Part shown: in pieces, positions 37,995-50,019 of the stretch
Position numbering within the stretch: the stretch's first letter is position 1
How the letters are laid out: every line of letters begins with the position of its first letter
Assembly: GCA_047495785.1 (NCBI GenBank)
Contig: JBLDXI010000017.1
Coordinates: forward strand, 2,914,001 to 2,978,000
Direction: 5' to 3'
Source of the DNA: Lepidodermella squamata
Taxonomy: Eukaryota > Animalia > Gastrotricha
DNA length: 64,000 nucleotides
Program-made: the position numbers and the translations under genes
The notes under the pieces: generated by a model
Databases searched by the model: none
Seen by the model: the letters and a program-made list of their open reading frames with translations, nothing else
Told to the model about the DNA's origin: nothing

Positions 37995-39749
37995 AATACA
38001 CTTAAGATCTATATCAAGTATTCAAATCATTTATGTATGTGAAGTAAATAAATTGACCAAGACAGGATTACATCGTTCCTCGACCTCTTTTCATCAACTA
38101 CGGTATTTCATCGAATAGTAGGCTAGGTACCTCAAACAATAAACCCCTCGAATACTTAATAGCCCCGAAAATTCCCTTAAATATTGGGTCCAAATGTCAT
38201 TAATAGCCCGCCTAGATTAGTAGCCAGGCGGCTGTAAAACAGGTTGAAGCCTGCAAAATCATGGGGCCCGAAATGATTAGGTATAATTTTGCCGACTGCG
38301 GAATCACTGCTGCGTGAAAGGTTCGGGTAGTTCAACCTGGCAAGTCTATGGGCTGGATTGAAGTGATGTTGTGAAATCTCGGAGCTAACCCCTCCCTCGA
38401 ATAATTGCCCGATTTGTTTCACCATTTATCCGAGCTATTGTTTGATGAAATACGGTATGCTAAGCGCTAAGCTTTTATCAGCATCACGAAGCTTAGCGAT
38501 AAATGATAGTTAAAAAGCATGGGCAATGAGCAGCCGCGGTGAAAATCACAGAACAATGGAGGAGCAGCCGGCAAATGCTATAGCCTATAGCCTATAGGAA
38601 ATGCATCCCCGCCAGAATCGTCTCCGAAAACCAGGGCTAAGGCCCCGCGCTAACTGAAAAAGCGAAGTAAAGACTGCTAGTGGCTAGTGGCCATCGGCCT
38701 TCCGGCTAACCATCACATTACAAGACCATACAAATTACAAGAGTGAGGATGCCTCTTACACTTTAACATTTAAAATTGCTGGGGCCTGTCAAATCTTCTC
38801 GCCTTGTAGATTCACCACGCGATCGCAACACGCCCGAACCCCAACTTTCCGCAACTTTGTCGGCGAGTACGGTTGGGGATTGGGCTGACACGAACGGCCG
38901 TGTTTCGCTTGAAAATGGGGCACTTTTGGAAGAATTCTAGGTGGCGATTTTGACACTACGTAATTGAAGTTAGCAGATCGATTTGACTACTTTCATGCTT
39001 TGCTACTTTCTGAAAATTACCGGGTCGTCGACATACTGTTCACATTTCTACGGGTCGAGTCACCGGTAGCCTTCTTGAAGAGAAGAAGCTCTTTTGCTGC
39101 TGAAGCGTGTGGCGACAAGGCAATTCGTGATCCTTTACAAAATCGCAACTGCAACTTACCGCATGTATATCAACTTCGTGATTCGCATTTTTCTCCATTA
39201 TTCTCACATTTCAGCAGAACAAGATCCTGAGAAAGGTTCTTCGACTCTAGAACTTTGCTTTAAGCTGCAAGAAGAAGATTCATCCGTCAGCATACCGCCT
39301 CTTCAATTCGAAAGTTAAAAACCTAGTTTTGTGAGATCAATCTATCCGCTTTGTGCTATTCCTCTAGGTGGTTCTTGCATGCAACAGCAGAAGGCGTAGA
39401 TCCCAGGTTTCCTTCAAAACGATCTTCGATTTTTTTAATTATACCGCCAAAACTCTAAAATTGCAAATATTGAGTGCACAATTTTTATTGTTAAAAAATT
39501 TATTATTATATCAAAACTAAAATATGTATGAAAAACAAATTTGATTAAAAGCGCGCGCTATTTTCGTGTTTTCGTTCGGCCCTTTCGCCCGTTCCCCTGC
39601 CTTGGGCATACTTGGGCACTGAGCGGCCCGGCCCGGGGGGCCGGGACCGTGCGATGAGCTGTTTCCCTGACCAATATAGCGTTTTCTATCGCCAGTAACA
39701 GGACATTCGTTGCATTCGATTTGCTCATTCTTTCATTCAGATTACAATG

Positions 39750-41563
39750 TGACGGGCGTTCTACTCGTCTTCTTGGACGGCAGGGCGGGGAAATCTGAAA
39801 TAACTGCTGGGAGATTAGCAATCATTAATTTATTATCGCCAAAAACAGATGGATGATATGAGGGATATAAATGCATTTCGAAGTAGTCGATGAGGATGGT
39901 ATGTACGCCGATTGGATAACTGAGGAGCACCCAGGATCAAATGGGCGATGGCTGATGCCTGGTGTTATCTGCATGTATATCTATCGTTATCCGCATTGAT
40001 GATTTACGACGCTGGATAGCAACCATAATGTCTGGGTGGATATTGGTCCTTCAGCCATTCAGGCCGATATTCAGCGTGATATCTACCTATTCTATCCACC
40101 TGGATATTGTATACGATTTCTGTCGTCAGAGATTTCCAATTTGCATCGTCCGACATAAAGTGTACTTCAGCGAATGAATTTTTGTGACGTCGAGGAGCAT
40201 TGTGCGTCTAAGTTGTTAATCTCTGTAACTGCTTGATGACATCCCAGTTCACAGAAACAGGTATCACCGATTGATCACGCCTTACCGTCAACTGCTCTTT
40301 TGAACTGAGTACGACCTGTTGACAGTGTGTTAGGTAGTTCAACAGAATTTCAGTACACTTGACGGTATTCATTTGGCGAAATTTCGCTATAAAATCTGCT
40401 GTGCCATAGGTAAGTAGTGTCCTGTATTATGGCTAGGCCTGTATTATGGCTAGGATAGTCTCAGGTTTTGCGGAGCCAGAGCGCCTGAACGAGATGGGTG
40501 ATACTACATTACATTCTAGCCTTTTTAGAAGATCGGCACTGCTGGAATATCCGGCTAGTTCATGCTGTATGTCGAAATGTTTTATTGACTGCAGAGTACT
40601 GAATCACGTTGAATCCTATTTTGCTCCGTACCCTTTAATTTTCAATTACTTGGATTATCAATAACTTGATATGCCCCAAGAAACAGAACAAGATGAGAGC
40701 TTTTCGATTTCATGAATATGACTGATTACAACCGCCTTCAGCAGCAAATAATGGTCCCTGTCAGTCTTGAGGGGCTTTTTCGCATCGTCATCGTTCTCCT
40801 ACATCAAAGACCAAAGGATCAGAATTGTTGCTTTGATTGTTGAAGTTAAAGATCATGTTCATATGTTACTTTAACTTCCGTATTCACTTCAGTGGCGTTA
40901 CACAAGGGGAACATCTGGTTCGCAAGAATAAGGCCCCCGAATGTAAGGCGATTCGAATGATGAGTGTGCGCTGCACTGACATGAATAAACGGTATTTGAT
41001 GCAGTTAGGGATTAGGGATCCACATGAGATTGGGCGCAAGCCAAGAAGAAGAGCGAACCATTTTTAGGGGAGAAGGCGGGCTATTGAGCAAGGGCTTTCT
41101 GTTGCGAATAAGTAAAGAGTTAGGATAGGATGACACAAAGATGACAAAAAAACTACGCTTTTCTATCAAGCTCCAGCGTCCTAGTACGTCTCAGGACAGT
41201 TAGGGTAGGGCAGGGTATGGTACTGACAAACCAGGCGCCGCGAACGACTCAGCGACATGACCATAAATAAGGTCAGCGCAGTGGCTAGTCTGACAAGCAT
41301 CCGAGGGAGAGGGAGAGAGAGATGTACTGGCTGCGCAGCCTTTCTGCTGAACGCCTATAACCGAGCCTGACTGAGGATGACGATAAACGATGATGGTTCC
41401 TCCTTCTCCACCCACCGACCATTAGAGTTTGGCCGCTAACATCTACGCCCTTGAGAGTTGGCTGCGGGCGTAACCCTGTCAGATGCTCGAAACCGAAAGG
41501 TGGACCACAATAGCCAAAAACCTCAAGCTGAAAGCACCTACAAGAGCGAGCGGTCGATCGCAC
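39750..41563 (-). pseudogene. Possible decayed protease(+CUB)-like gene remnant
   Basis: Scattered fragments in the expected order: CGPPF..LMVGG, FGGLIL, QGPLF, SVSWG, then VHFMSDD. There are many stops. Confidence 0.2.
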
Positions 41564-41699
41564 TGTAAGAAATTTCTAAATTAGCGCCATCAAAACCATG
41601 ACATCAAATAATTATCAAATTTTAATTTTTGTTTAGAAATGCGTTTAAAATTTGCTTGAGCCAAAGGTCATTCATTTCGTGTGTCCAAAACTTTATTGA

Positions 41700-42834
41700 A
41701 ATATCACTTTCATCGCAACAGAAACAAGTTTTCAAGAGCATGTTTTCAGCCGAATAAAACGATTTGCAGCTGTTGAATACTCGGCTGCTTGTGTTTGGCG
41801 TGATCGGCTCGGGTATTTTCTAAATTATAACTGTAATTTCCTTGGTGATTATGCTTTTAAATATTTACCTTCATGGGATCCGAACTCATATCAGCATCAT
41901 CGGAAATTGCTAGCCGTGCTTCTGTTTGCTGTCCACTCAATTCTCGAAATAAATCATCGGGCAAGAGTAATGATGCAGATTGAAGTGAATTCTTCTCCAA
42001 TATCAAACGAAAAGATTCAACTAAGACCAAATTAGAATTGGCTTTGAGCAATGTCAGGCAGCGATTGTTCTTCCCAATCATCTCAACTTCAATTGCTGTT
42101 AGTTGATGGCTTGTTAAAGATGGATAGGCTTTCATCATTTGCTGAACTGTTCGCTGTTGAAAAGCATGCATCACCGATATAGCAGGAAACCATTCTTTGC
42201 CATTATATGTAATTGTCTTCATAGTTGAAATCTTAAAAGTAACACATTGATTTTTGAAATATTATCAGTAAGATTCTTTGCTACTCACCAGTTCAGATTT
42301 GATGTCAGGTTGTTGCGGCTTCGGTAACAAAGTCAGGTTAGAACAGTTCGATTTCAATCTCTCAACAACTGCAGCGGCCTTCAATAACCGAGGACAATCT
42401 CGAATAGCATTCGCTAAACCAAGGTTATAAGAGCTAACTGACGCCACCTCATCAGGAGATAATCGAAGTAATGCGAACTCAGGGAAATGTTTGCGAAAGA
42501 TGTTGACCGTTTTCGCTGACACCAACTTCATTACATCGATCTCCAAAAAGTAAAACTCTTCATTCCAATTTATATGACGAACGTCTTTAGCCTGATCAAT
42601 GCCGTGTGAATAAAGTTGGGAATCAAGTTGGGAAACACAAATGTCATTTTCACAAGTGATCAGGATTTTTTCTTCAGCAGATAAATGTCGAGAAGAGAAA
42701 CGAGTGCAATCAGCATAAATTTCTGCACCAAGTGAATGCATTCTTTCGATGAGCTCGGCAAACAAATACCACGATTTTCCTTCAAATGTCGTTCGTGTTG
42801 CGACGTAAGAGACCGCGTTAGGCAGTACTTCCAT
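41700..42834 (-). CDS. Uncharacterised protein with three internal repeats resembling the SMARCB1/PHF10 winged-helix module; 3' end uncertain
   Basis: ORFs 42834-42289 and about 42232-41869 join through a phase-0 GT-AG intron. The repeats begin FEGKSWYLFAELI, WNEEFYFLEIDVM and YNGKEWFPAISVM. Confidence 0.65.
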
Positions 42835-44108
42835 GCTGTTTGTAATAAAATACTTGGTACTGGTATAAGCTACTTTTTATTTGCCGGTAATAGCATCATT
42901 ATTGCGGCGCATCCGATACCGAACGGTTGCAACGCCTACCAGAATGCGTACTACGCACAAACGCTTCAGACAATTTCATGGCTAAATTCTTAAGATCAAC
43001 CAAATTTATCCTCCTCTTCTTGATTTCACCTTCGTTCCCTTCGAGCGTAGTCTAGGATAATTCTATCGATTTTATAATTATAATATAATTTTTATTATTC
43101 AATTCTATCAATTCTATCAACATCCATAGGGTAAACTCATAGGGTATAGTCTCTGTCTCTCTCTCGCACTCTCTCTGTATAGTGACGTTGAACCATGACT
43201 ATCCACCACTTATTGTTCAAACATGACCAGAGTCTGCGTTCGAATGGGCATACTTTTTAGTTTCCCATTCCCGAAACATAATTTTATGGGACCGACGCAG
43301 TTATCATCACGAAAAATGCATTTTACGGAATTATGGACTATGAGCCAATTTTTCTACTATCATGAAAATGCCAAGAGAGCACTTATTAAGCTATTAGTTA
43401 TAAACCATTTTGTGGTTATCCTTCTCCATTATCTCGCAGCTCGCAGGCATTTTGATATACTTCTTAAATGTTATTGCATGAAAAAGCGATCACGTATTTT
43501 TCTAATCGCATTTTATATTTTATCAAATACGAGCAGTTGAGCTGTTGCGACTAACTTAACTACAACTTTGCGCGAAGCTCGCGGAATCGCTGAAGTAGAT
43601 TCGCAGCCACATGAGGTCAATAGTAGAATCACCCAAATTTTACGAAGTTGGTAGCATTCGAGAATTGTTAGGATGACTTGTATCCCTGCATCCTAAGAAA
43701 GATAGCGGATGGTCTTGGTAATGTGATCTGGTTAGCGATTTAGCGATGGTTGATGATTAGCAATTAGCAACGAAACCGCCGTATTCGAGAAATGCTTGAC
43801 ATGCAACTCGCTTGGCATGATACGACAAAACGTGACCCACAATTTAAGTTTGGGTTTCACGACTTTTGCGCGGACTTCTTAGTGAAATAGCACGTCACAT
43901 TTAGTCTGATGGTGTTGAACCGACGGCCAAAGAGCAAAATGCCACGGACTAATAAGTAGTTATCAAAGAAAGCAATCATGCGCAGAAGTATAATTTACAA
44001 TGCTCATCCACTTGATCATTTTAGCTGGAATCTTAACTATAATTAGGTCAATCAGGAATGCTTACGGCACTTCAATCTAATGGCGAGAATGCAGAATAAC
44101 TTTCAGGG

Positions 44109-44918
44109 CAGCGTGGTCCAAAGTGTGACTCTCAAGCCATTTTGACTCTTTTGGGATTTTTTTACTCATGTGTGACTCCGATTACTAAGCCGAGCTTGAC
44201 TCCGGAAAGAGTCACAAATAACCTAGCTAAACTTGACTCCGGCTCTGAGTTTGACTCCAAAATGAGATGCTTTGACTCCACACTCATCCAAAAAGTCAAA
44301 AAAGTCGAAGAAATATCCTCAGCTGAAGCTCGCTTCGCTCGCAGGGAGCTATATTTTTCTACAAGTTACAAAGGCGCAAAAATGACGAATTTTGTTAAAA
44401 ACCAGTCGAACCCCCCGAAAAGTTGCAGCGACAGGTGAATATACAGGGTGTTCAAGAAATAATATCTAATCTAATTATAGAATGAACTTTAACCAGACAG
44501 CACGCGATACGAATTTTCAAATTTAGAAAGAAATTAGACGACGTGTTACTCGAGTTTTTGAACTAGTTCAAAAACACGTCTTTCTTCAATAGTTTCGCGC
44601 CAATATTCAGTCATTTTTAGGGACATAGTATTTAAACCTTTGAGCCTGAAAAATTGAAGTTTAGTAAGTTCAGTAAGACGAGCAAGAAAATGCGTGCCAA
44701 GTTCAACAGATGTCACTCGTTCAAAGTTCAATGCTAAATATAGCTAGCCATTATTTCTTGAACACCCTGTAGAGAGCAATTTTCGCGCCAGAACGGGAAT
44801 TGGAGTGATATTTAGACGTAATATTTACTGGTTTATCGGCGTTTTAATGGTTTTGACTCTTTGGCCCAATTTTGACTCCGGTTGGTGACTCGCCAGTTTC
44901 CGGCCGTGGACCACACTG
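44109..44918. mobile_element. hAT-type MITE (host of a nested mariner MITE)
   Basis: 8-bp TSD TTTCAGGG (44101-44108, 44919-44926). 12-bp TIR CAGCGTGGTCCA / TGGACCACACTG. Many subterminal TGACTC motifs at both ends. Confidence 0.88.
44444..44769. mobile_element. Tc1/mariner-type MITE, 326 bp
   Basis: TA TSD (44442-44443, 44770-44771). Perfect 20-bp TIR CAGGGTGTTCAAGAAATAAT. Confidence 0.9.
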
Positions 44919-45215
44919 TTTCAGGGTTTCAGAGTAATTGAAGGCAAATAAGTGGCGCGTACTTCATGATGAGAACGGTTTACGGGTAGATTTCTGGAGC
45001 AATGGAGCGGTTTGTTCTGCTTGTCAAGGCTAAATCCTAAATCAAAGCGCAGCTTTTTAGAGACAAATCTGATCTGCTCTAGGTATTGAAATTCAACACT
45101 TAATTGGTATCCAATAGATATAGACATTCTTTGTTTTTAAATGGAAGAAAAAAGCTAAACCAAAGCAGTCAAAGCAGAATGAACCGCCATCACTGCGCCG
45201 TAGTCGTACCGTAGT

Positions 45216-45385
45216 CGTTAGCGTCGTTGAATACAACTCGGATTAGGGCTTGTTCACGTCAGTTACAGACAGTTGACGGGTGACAAGTTTGCTTCCGTCT
45301 TCGTTCACATAAAAACTATGCTATCACCTTTTACTTGTCACTGACGTAAACATGCCCAAATCAGAGTTATTCAACGACGCTAACG
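45216..45385. repeat. Imperfect inverted repeat (old MITE-like element)
   Basis: cgttagcgtcgttgaatacaactcggattagggcttgttcacgtcagttaca pairs with tgtcactgacgtaaacatgcccaaatcagagttattcaacgacgctaacg (arms about 50 bp). Confidence 0.65.
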
Positions 45386-45615
45386 CTCCCATTTCTGTGG
45401 CTTATCAATTTAGTTATCGTTAGTTAGTTAATTAGTTAACCAATGGAGTATCGCCGTCATCGATTCTTGAAAATTGTTAGTTCATTTCGGTTTTAAGTGA
45501 TAAATTTTCAGAAAACTTTGAAGATCTCTTGTTTCCTAATTCAAAGATTTATCACCCAAAACTTCCAGGGGCGAGATCCACTTTCAATAATATTACATGT
45601 GCATGACTATACAGT

Positions 45616-45680
45616 AAAGTTCCTCTGATTTCTACGAAAAAGTATAGTCTATACTTTTTCGTAGAAATCAGAGGAACTTT
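45616..45680. repeat. Perfect palindrome, 32-bp arms with a 1-nt spacer
   Basis: aaagttcctctgatttctacgaaaaagtatag-t-ctatactttttcgtagaaatcagaggaacttt, preceded by TA-CAGT. Confidence 0.9.
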
Positions 45681-47089
45681 TAATTTAGAATGGCTCGTTT
45701 CTAACATACGTAATAATAATTCATTAAAATCTTATTGCAATATCTCTCGCAGCTATTAAAGTAGTAAAGTACATCCTATTAGCTGCTGTATTAAATTTTA
45801 TATTCTGCATTGTTGATTAGGATTATTATACTTCAATTTTTACTCGAATTCGGCACTTAAGTTATAGCTGATTGGATAAAGATTGGATATTGGATATTGA
45901 TTGGGAATCGGAAATGGAAAATTACGGCGTAAGGTCGCTACTATACTACTGCAGAGGGCTGGCACTTTCGATATATTCAACCTGTTATCGCCCTTTCTGT
46001 TAAACAAAGTGTGATGAATTGTTCTCTTAGTTTCATTTCCTTTGTTCATTTTCAATTATTTCGCTGCATTGAAAATAAAGATTTACGGCACCGAGTCACG
46101 GATAATAATAGTTTTTCATTGGTCACGGCAGCTCGCTTTTGCTACCTGTAAAATCTGCAATCGAAGAATTTCAGAAGAACGCGAGAAAACTTTGAAGAAT
46201 TATAGGAAGGATAGGCGAGAAAGCTGAATTTCTCTTTTCTCTTCAAGAGTCCAAGAACGCACGATAGCATTCGCAGCTAATGGCAATTTTATAGCCCTCG
46301 AACCAAAGATAGTAGTTTGGGATGCAACCGCTCCGCAGTTGTAAACAACCGCAATGTAGCGGTATAATGATATATAGAAATATGCGCTAGTACAGGCGGT
46401 CCCTTACGTCGCAACACGAACGATGTCAAAACAGACAACTCGTCCAACTGTTGAAATATTCAACATAGATTTATTGAATACATTCTCTCAGGACAAGTTC
46501 AAAACATACCCATTGTATAATATTTTCACCGATAAGGGTTATATATGACCCTGGTTGTCTTGATACTTCGTCGTCAGTATCGTCAATCTCATGATCTGCA
46601 AAACGTTTTACTAATCAGTTGAAATTACAATCACTCTCTTACAGTCTAAACGGCTAGTTTTTCCACCAAGCAGCTCTCGAGTATCAGTGTTCAACCCACT
46701 TGCATCAGCCGCACGCTTCAAACCTCTGCCAGCTCCACCGCCATGGTGAACTGGCAACGGGCTGTTCATTCTCATAGTCTCCATCGCATCTGTAAACAAC
46801 CTCTTGACATCGATCGAAATCGAGGGCTTTTTGCTCACCTTCTAATTTCTTATTGCCATCGCCACTTGAACCGGGAACAACACTTTGAGGCCGATTAACT
46901 GAGATAGCAATTGCTCGCCCACGACCTCGAATGTTTATAGACTGCCGCATATCATAAACTAATACATCAAAACATATCTGATCTAATACAAACTATAATA
47001 CAAACTATATTCCTTCCACGGTCAGAACAGACGGGTTTCGGCACACCTTTCATTAAGCAACTTCAATTTCAAAATAGTGTTAAATGAAT

Positions 47090-47635
47090 TTAGTTAGTTA
47101 GTTAGTTAGTTTTATTTTTGCTCCCAACATGTTACAATTTTTTTAGGTATCTATCATATAGATACTAAGTAGTTATATATATCACATATATATTGATAAA
47201 TCTGGAGCCAGGGACACTTATGCGCCCTGTCCATCCGCATCACAGCATTGAGATAGAATTTTTAACATTATTTTTAAAAATAAGTTTATCTTTGATATCA
47301 ATAATATTTACAGGCAATTTGTTCCACTTATTAACTACTCTATAGCTGAAAAAATTATACAATACATCGAGATGAGATTTACGCATTAAGAGATAATACT
47401 TGTGACTACGCGTGTCATAATTAGATTTTTTAATATCGAAAAAGCAAGTGGTATGCAAGTTAACATTTCCTTTTAGAATATCATTTGTAACGCACAGGTC
47501 CCTTACTTGGTGGCGTTGAATAATACTTAAGCGATTAAGAGAACGGAGCCTTAATTCATAGTCGTGTGTTTTCATGACTCGCCACGTGAAATTTTTTTGG
47601 ACACTTTCTAACAACTTCTGGTCACCGATAAACCT
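47090..47635 (-). mobile_element. 5'-truncated CR1-like LINE 3' end
   Basis: ORF2 C-terminus LESVQKNFT..YELRL..L..TRSH..NFFSYRVVNKWNKLP, then a 3'UTR with AATAAA and an (ACTA)n microsatellite tail at about 47090-47111. Confidence 0.88.
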
Positions 47636-47929
47636 AAGTTAGGTTTGTGTGTAGGGCTTGAATGTGTAGGGAATGTGTAGGGGCTTGAAACAGATAGGAC
47701 AGATTTGGTTTATATTTATATTATATCTATAGGCTAATGCTCGGGGTTTATAGGTAGACTGAGCATACTTTCAGCTTAAGAGAACGGTTCTGAAGGAAGT
47801 TCGATTCGAAAATAGCGGTAAACCAAATTAGCGGTAAACCATGACATCAAATTTTATTAAAAAATTGAGATTACTCCAGTAATTTCTTTAAAATTTGTTT
47901 TTGACTTTTTTTTATCCTAAAATTTGCTT

Positions 47930-49030
47930 TTCTCCGGGCTTCCCTCGGGATCTTAAAAGGCCTGTCGGCCTATCAGGCTATTTCCCTAGCGGGAAACAGC
48001 TCATACCACTTTCTCACGATCTTAGTTGGTTTGAAGCAATTGATAACGCCCTCACTCGTGGTAACAATTCTTACAATGCGCTATCTTTTCATAGAATCAA
48101 TCTTAGTGTCATCAATCGTAACAATTTGGATACTTTATTCTATGGTAAAATCGAATCAGCCATGCTCGCCGGGTCGGAGCTCTGGGGACTCTTTGCGCCC
48201 TCACGGGTCGCCAAACTCGACGGTGTGGGCTATAAATACTTCAAGAGAGCCCGTAATATTCCTTTCACTGCTTCGAACCTGTCCACAGGTTTCACGTTAG
48301 GTATCATTCCGACTAGTCTTAAGGCCAAGCTGAACGCAGCCAAATTCGTCTGTGATTTAACTAAGTGTGATAACCAGTTAGTTCAGGATGCTTTTTCTTT
48401 TTATTGGCATTCTCGCCCTAAACTCGGCGTTCTCAACCCTATCCACTCCGCCAAAAAATTCTTTGCGTCTTATAATATTGAGCCAGATTTCTGGTTTCTT
48501 CGTGACTCGACCATATTTGCTAAAGTAGAACAACATGTACTAGACTGTTTTAAAACTGATTTATCTATTCAATTTCACTCTAGGTACGATAATATATACC
48601 CATTAGCGACTTCATCTGAGTTCGGGATTGCTAAACGCTTCGAAGCTCTACCCTGTGATCTCAGATCCACAGCCCTGCAACTTCTTACAAATAGTATTTT
48701 TCTTAACCTAGAACATTTCATCTTCAATGTGAAAGATACAGTATGTATATTTTGTAAGGAAACTGTTACTTTTCGCCTTATGGCAAACCACCTGTCTTAT
48801 TTCTGCACAGGTATCACTAGTCATGATCCTGTCAGAATTTTTAGTAATAATCAGAGCACTATCAAAAATACCCTTATTTTCTTCAAACGCGTAGCCTTAC
48901 ATATACCTAGAGCCACTACTATTGTCTAAGGATTGGCAAATTGCCTTCGACACTAGGGCTTTTCTCTGCCCAATGATTGAATTTGCTTCCTTGGTGGACC
49001 CGAGGTCCCCAAGGTATGAGGGCAGGCAGG
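47930..49030 (+). mobile_element. 5'-truncated non-LTR retrotransposon (RTE/RTEX-like ORF2 C-terminus with CCHC knuckle)
   Basis: Open frame to 48929 with LF..KIESAMLAGSELWG (post-RT motif, compare LLYG.E.W) and CIFC-x11-H-x4-C. Short 3'UTR with a stem-loop and GGCA repeats. Second copy at 8463-8690. The 5' boundary is approximate. Confidence 0.8.
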
Positions 49031-49200
49031 CCGTTCCCCTGCCGTTTTGTTCGCGGAATGTTTGGTTTCCCTCGTCGAAATGTTCGTGGGAAGGATGTTC
49101 GTCGAGAAGCTGCTAGCTGATAGCAGTAAAGAGGTAAAGAATCCGCAAAATTCTCAGTATTTTGCCGGTTTCGGACAAGCTTACGCACTGAGAAGTATAC

Positions 49201-49633
49201 TGCATTACGTAGCTGAAGTTAGCGGGCCACCCTTCCGTGTTAGTTAAATTTGTGCTTTTTTATGTGAAATATGTGCCTCATCGAGGCACATAATACCATG
49301 CTATCAGCACAAAAATAGCACCTTCCTATAATTGGAAGGCTAAAAAATGGCCCGCTAACTTCAATAAACAGCGGATTTTGCTGAAATTAGCGGGCCCGCG
49401 GGCCATTCATCAGCGTGCCACTGTTATGCTACTTGCTACTCTTCCACGTGCTGCTACTGATTTACAAAGAGCTTCCAATTATGTGCCTCGATGATTTCAG
49501 TAGTTCCCGTGTGTTTTCGCTTCAACCATATCTTGCATGCTTCAACCATTTCACATAGAAAAGCACAAATTTAACTAACACGGAAGGGTGGCCCGCCAGG
49601 GGGTGGCCCGCTAACTTCAGCTACGTTACTGCA
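49201..49633. mobile_element. MITE with about 70-bp imperfect TIRs
   Basis: acgtagctgaagttagcgggccacccttccgtgttagttaaatttgtgcttt pairs with aaagcacaaatttaactaacacggaagggtggcccg...ctaacttcagctacgt. The right arm has a small duplication. TSD not clear. Confidence 0.75.
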
Positions 49634-50019
49634 TTCACGATAATATTTGATGCACTTGGCAAAGATATATGACTTATTTGTTGTTCCGTGGATATTGGAT
49701 ATTGGAATCTTGATTTAGCCAGTAGCCAGAGTAACCGACATGGCCATACTCTGTGATCGCGACAGAGTGATAGCAACGGTGACTAGTTTCTGTCGACACG
49801 TTTGTCAGAAAATATTTTCGTCTTAGAAAAATCAGCTCTTAAATTTTTTTGCCCGTGAATGCTCTTTTTCTCAAAAAAAACCGGTATATTCTTTCCATTA
49901 AGTGAACGAACTAGTTTTTGAATTTCAATCCCGGAGCTTGAGTTACATGTTGTGATATTATTTCAGAGGATTACAAACTTTGATTGAAGTTACAACAGAT
50001 CACGCTGGAGCACGATCTT

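Noticed and set aside
38786-38956. Weak inverted symmetry (tgtcaaa..gcccgaaccccaac / gttggggattgggc..tttgaca)
   Set aside because: Too degenerate and no TSD, so it cannot be called a MITE or an RNA gene.
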